Of a stretch of 64,000 nt of DNA, positions 60,010 through 64,000 are shown one piece after another (the first letter of the stretch is position 1; each line of letters opens with the position of its first letter). The translations under genes and the position numbers were made by a program. This stretch comes from Spirochaetia bacterium (GTDB taxonomy: Bacteria > Spirochaetota > Spirochaetia > UBA9216): contig OZ223264.1 of assembly GCA_965140585.1 (NCBI GenBank), positions 448,001 to 512,000 on the forward strand. The letters run 5' to 3'. Under the pieces are notes generated by a model, which did no database searches, was not told the DNA's origin, and was given only the letters and a program-made list of their open reading frames with translations.

Positions 60010-60882
60010 ATGCAAATAGAAACTCTCAATCAAAAACAGATAATAGATGCCTCAGGCGGACTTTTAGCCGGGCTGCTTGAGCTTTGGGCTGATGCCTCAA
60101 CTTTACGCTTCGGCTCTGCCGTTCCTGTAATGCTTGGTAACCGTCGTGATAATGCCAGTCCTGTCAGCCAGGGAATCCTGACCGAGACCGTACTTACAAG
60201 CAAAGACGGCAGCCTAGTTATGATGATCTGGTGCGATCCAATGGAGCTTTACTATGATAAAAGGATTGCTGAATCCGGCTACAGCAGTGAGCTTATCACC
60301 GAGATTTCGGAAATGCTACGGACCGGAACTGCGCCGGGTAAAGAGTTTGATCCGGTTAAGCATCCGGATAAGATTGAATGGGACGGAATTGCCAGACAGA
60401 TAGGCCGCTGGCTGCTGCGTGTTCGCGGGTTTAAAAAGCTTCGCAATGAGGACCGCCACTTTCATGAGCTTGAAAGTTTCCTGAACCTTGAACTGATGAT
60501 ACCTCCGCTCTATGCGCTTTTTGATGAAGCCGGCTACAGCTGGAAGTCCGGGGAAGAGAAGCGGATAAGGGATGTCCTTGAGGGGCTCAAGAATATGGAT
60601 GAACCGTCAAAGCGGATAGATCGGGTGCTTAACTGTATAAGGCTCAGTTTTATTTACCGGTATTCAGCTGAGGCCGGCATTGATTCAACAGAACTTAAAG
60701 AAACGGTTATCAGCCGGTTTGAATCATTTCCGGAGCTTATAAAAAAAATATCCGCGATGGCTGATAATGCGGATCCTGTTTCACCGGAAGGTAATATTTC
60801 ATTCCGGAAAGAGCTTGTAAGAACATTCCGGATTCCCGGAAGCTGGTCGACCGTCGATGAAGTTGCGACAGCAACAGTTTAA
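60010..60882 (+). CDS. Hypothetical protein
   Basis: Long ORF; ATG at 60010 preferred (TTGCAC-18-TATTAT-6-ATG) over TTG at 59974. Confidence 0.7.
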   Translation: MQIETLNQKQIIDASGGLLAGLLELWADASTLRFGSAVPVMLGNRRDNASPVSQGILTETVLTSKDGSLVMMIWCDPMELYYDKRIAESGYSSELITEISEMLRTGTAPGKEFDPVKHPDKIEWDGIARQIGRWLLRVRGFKKLRNEDRHFHELESFLNLELMIPPLYALFDEAGYSWKSGEEKRIRDVLEGLKNMDEPSKRIDRVLNCIRLSFIYRYSAEAGIDSTELKETVISRFESFPELIKKISAMADNADPVSPEGNISFRKELVRTFRIPGSWSTVDEVATATV

Positions 60883-60971
60883 GGAAGTAATTTCTAGTAA
60901 CTGATGACTTTGTAAGTTCTTGACCTGTAATTTCTGGAGATTACATCAGGGTTTTTTTATAAAAAGCTCCA

Positions 60972-61001
60972 TTGACATATCACAGCAGCTGCTGTTACTA
61001 T
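60972..61001 (+). promoter_or_regulatory. Sigma70 promoter of the rib operon
   Basis: TTGACA-18-TACTAT with extended TG, just 5' of the riboswitch. Confidence 0.75.
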
Positions 61002-61007
61002 GTTCCC

Positions 61008-61154
61008 AATGATTTTCAGGGCCAGGTGAGTTAATGACATTTAAAAATGTCATATGCAATTCCTGACCGGCGGTTATAGCCCGCGACTCCCGAAAGGGAC
61101 TGAACCGGTGAGATTCCGGTGCCGACGGTAAAGTCCGGATGGAAGAAATTCGTT
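61008..61154 (+). promoter_or_regulatory. FMN riboswitch (RFN element)
   Basis: AGGGCCAGGTGA...AATTCCTGACCGGCGGT..AGCCCGCGA...CCGGTGAGATTCCGGTGCCGACGGTAAAGTCCGGATGGAAGA, upstream of ribD. Confidence 0.95.
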
Positions 61155-61196
61155 GATGTACAGTTAGAGCTGTATTAATACACCAATCGAAACTTC

Positions 61197-61228
61197 AAGC
61201 CCTGGAGAATGATCCGGGGCTTTTTTTT
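61197..61228 (+). terminator. Riboswitch attenuator (intrinsic terminator)
   Basis: AAGCCCTGGA-gaatga-TCCGGGGC followed by T8. Confidence 0.88.
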
Positions 61229-61300
61229 GCTTTGAACCTGTTAATCCCATAAGGTTTCACAGCAATCCAAACGCCCCGGCCGCATACTGGGGAGAGAATC

Positions 61301-62435
61301 ATGCACAACAACTCAACACACTTCCTCTACATGAGGAAGGCTCTGGCACTGGCCTGTAAAGCCGGTGTCCGGGAAACCTCTCCGAACCCGAGAGTCGGTG
61401 CCGTCATTTTCAAAGACGGCCGGATAATCGGAGAGGGCTATCATCACGGGCCGGGGGCTCCGCACGCGGAAGCCGCGGCCATCGCAGACGCACGGACGCG
61501 TTTTCCGCAGCAGCTGCCCGGAGCAGACCTCTATGTCACCCTGGAACCCTGCTGTCACAGCAGCCCGGGTAAAAGGACTCCGCCTTGCACGGACGTTATT
61601 CTGCGTTCGGGGGATTACTTCAGTCTGTGCCGCTGTCCAGGATCCCAATCCGCAGGTTGCGGGTAGGGGTCTTGAACTGCTAAGAGCCCGGGGGCTGAAG
61701 GTTACTTCAGGAATTCTTGAACAGGAAGCTGAAGAGCTTAACCGCTGGTATTTTCATTCAATGCGTACAGGCCGCCCCTGGGTTATCCTCAAGGCTGCCC
61801 AGAGTCTGGACGGTTTCATCGCAGACAGGAGCGGAAAGTCAAAATGGATCTCCTGTCCCGAGTCGAGAGAGGAAGTTCACCGGCTTCGGGCAGATGTCGA
61901 CGCGGTTCTTGTGGGCCGGGGAACTTTCAACTCCGACGACCCTCTTCTTACAAGCCGGGCAGGGAGGTTTCAGGATGCTGACGTCCGTCAGCCTGTTCCG
62001 ATAATTCTTGGAAGTCCCGGCAGACTTAACCCCGGCAGCAGGCTTTTACTCAATCCTCCCTCCGGGATGATAATTGCCTGTTCAGATGAGGCTTTCAATA
62101 ACGCAGAAGAGTTTGAATCAAGGGGTATAAAAATCCTGAGGTTCACCGATCTTTCTGAGCTTCTTCGAACTCTCAGGACTCTGGGAATCAATTCCATCCT
62201 TGTTGAAGGAGGGAACCGCGTATTCAACAGCTTTATTGGACAGGGCCTCGCAGATGAGATGATGCTTTATATCGCTCCGCTCCTGTTCGGCTCGGGGCTG
62301 CCCGGGTTGTCAGGCTTTGACGGAGCCGGGGAAAATGCTGCTCCGGCCTTCATTTCAGCAGACTGGGCCCGGTTAGGTACTGATATCCGCTTCCGCGGCC
62401 TCTTCAAAGGAGGTCCAGAATGTTTACCGGCCTGA
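61301..62435 (+). pseudogene. ribD: Bifunctional RibD deaminase/reductase, frameshifted at a G5 run (61609-61613)
   Basis: PNPRVGA, HAE and TLEPC in frame 1; DPNPQVAGRG, SLDG and LVEGG in frame 2; removing one G restores ILRSGITSV; may be a sequencing error. Confidence 0.88.
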
Positions 62436-63064
62436 TTGGCGGGCGTGGCAGGGTATTCAGGCTTGAAAGGCGGAGCGGTTCGGCAGTTCTGTCATTTTCA
62501 GCCGGATCACTTGCAGACGAATTAAGCTGCGGCGATTCAATTGCGGTAAACGGTGTATGCCTCACCGTCACATCAAAAATCAGCCGCTGTGTTACCGCAG
62601 ACGTATCAGCCGAGACTCTGCGAAAAACACTTACAGGTACCCTCTCGCCCGGAGATGAAATAAATCTTGAACTCCCACTTGCTGCCGGTGATCGTTATCA
62701 CGGCCATGTTGTAACCGGTCATGTGGCCGGAGCCGGAACAGTCGGCCGTGTGGTAAGCCGTCAGGGCAGCCGCTGGCTGACAATCCTGATTCACGAAGAG
62801 ATACGCAGACAAATCACCCTTGAAGACTCTGTCGCTGTCGACGGTGTAAGTCTTACCGTCAGCGCAGTAAGCCGTGATGCGATTACTGTCTGTCTTATTC
62901 CGGAAACACTTTCAAGAACCAGTCTTGGAAGGCTGCGCAGCAGAGACCGGGTGAATATAGAGCCTGACCGGTTTAAACCCGGTAGGAATCCTGATAACAA
63001 TTTTGGAGAAATAATCAATGACATACATAAAAACAAAAGAAGATTCAGTTTACTGCTCGGTTGA
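62420..63064 (+). CDS. ribE: Riboflavin synthase (alpha chain)
   Basis: MFTGLI start, [19 protein letters not shown] and DGVSLTV. Confidence 0.93.
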   Translation: MFTGLIGGRGRVFRLERRSGSAVLSFSAGSLADELSCGDSIAVNGVCLTVTSKISRCVTADVSAETLRKTLTGTLSPGDEINLELPLAAGDRYHGHVVTGHVAGAGTVGRVVSRQGSRWLTILIHEEIRRQITLEDSVAVDGVSLTVSAVSRDAITVCLIPETLSRTSLGRLRSRDRVNIEPDRFKPGRNPDNNFGEIINDIHKNKRRFSLLLG

Positions 63065-64000
63065 AGACGCACTTAAAGAGCTGGCTGCCGGCAGAATGAT
63101 AATAGTTACCGATGACGAGGACCGTGAGAACGAGGGTGATTTCTTTATCCCGGCCTCACGCTGTACAGCCCGTCATATCAATCTGATGGCATCCTGGGGC
63201 AAGGGCCTTATCTGCGCGCCGATCAGTGGAACCGTCGCAGAGCGGCTTAAACTCAGTCTGATGATTCCCGAAGGCGCTAATGCCCTGCACGGTACTGCCT
63301 TTACCCAGTCCGTTGATGCCATTCCCGGCTGTACAAGCGGAATATCTGCAGCTGACCGGGCTGTAACGCTTCAGATGCTGGCCGACGGCAGTACATGCCC
63401 CGAAGAACTGGCCAGTCCGGGACACATTTTTCCAATATTGGCCAATCCTGACGGGATTGCCGGACGTGACGGTCATACCGAGGCTGCAGTTGAGCTCTGC
63501 AGGCTGGCAGGCGAGCCGGAGGTCGGGGTTATCTGCGAAATCCTTTCTTCTGACGGGTCTATGGCCAGGGGCCGCATTCTTGAAGATATGGCTGCAGCCT
63601 GGGATATTCCGATACTGACCATCCAGAGACTCAAGGAATTTATTCTGAATAAAAAAAAGCCTGTAGAAACAGTGCTTCCGCAGTCTGGAGAAGCTGTACG
63701 TACCCTGTATTATCCGGCGGAAGCCGTAGGCTGTGAGGCTGTTGTTCTGATCAATGACGGTTGGGACGTCAGGCCCCTGGTGAGGATTCATTCGGAATGC
63801 CTTACAGGTGATGTTCTGGAGAGCGGCCGATGCGACTGCGGTTCCCAGCTGAAGGAGGCGAAGCGCCGAATCCTTGAAGAAGGCGGAGTTTTGATCTATC
63901 TGAGACAGGAGGGCCGGGGCATCGGACTTGAAAACAAGCTTCGCGCCTATGCCCTGCAGGATCGCGGCTGTGATACGGTAGAAGCTAATACGGCCCTCGG
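63018..64000 (+). CDS. ribBA: Bifunctional DHBP synthase / GTP cyclohydrolase II (runs off the window; absent from the ORF track)
   Basis: ATG at 63018 with GGAG SD; [15 protein letters not shown], in-frame [15 protein letters not shown] and QEGRGIG. Confidence 0.93.
   Translation, partial: MTYIKTKEDSVYCSVEDALKELAAGRMIIVTDDEDRENEGDFFIPASRCTARHINLMASWGKGLICAPISGTVAERLKLSLMIPEGANALHGTAFTQSVDAIPGCTSGISAADRAVTLQMLADGSTCPEELASPGHIFPILANPDGIAGRDGHTEAAVELCRLAGEPEVGVICEILSSDGSMARGRILEDMAAAWDIPILTIQRLKEFILNKKKPVETVLPQSGEAVRTLYYPAEAVGCEAVVLINDGWDVRPLVRIHSECLTGDVLESGRCDCGSQLKEAKRRILEEGGVLIYLRQEGRGIGLENKLRAYALQDRGCDTVEANTAL

Noticed and set aside
63156-63791. 211-aa minus-strand ORF
   Set aside because: Shadow of plus-strand ribBA, which has clear motifs

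Overview
64 kb of core-chromosome DNA, most likely from a free-living anaerobic spirochaete. The taxon is inferred from gene content and arrangement (rsmI-flgM-FeADH-trmH block, addBA, BMP-family ABC transporter, HDOD protein), not from a database search. It holds about 50 CDS: pyrF(partial)-pyrB-pyrI, rlmE, prenyl synthase, SMUG1, add, rsmI, flgM, FGGY kinase, Lon-like protease, acylating ALDH, MCP, addBA-moxR-DUF58-transglutaminase, a purine/nucleoside salvage plus ABC operon, and an FMN-riboswitch-controlled rib operon, plus one tRNA-Ala(GGC). No CRISPR, IS, integrase or prophage was seen. Cyclic-nucleotide signalling genes are dense: 4 class III cyclase-domain genes, 3 HD-GYP, 1 cNMP-binding kinase-like gene and 1 broken GGDEF. 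Best candidate for a new system: a translationally coupled pair of paralogous class III cyclase genes (23458-25388) whose catalytic residues are lost in a complementary C1/C2-like way, suggesting an obligate heterodimeric cyclase. Other leads are a candidate ~80-nt sRNA (5971-6051), a pseudo-kinase/pseudo-receiver adenylate cyclase, several eukaryote-type metabolic enzymes, repeated leaderless promoters, and three homopolymer frameshifts that may be sequencing errors. All family calls come from reading motifs by eye.
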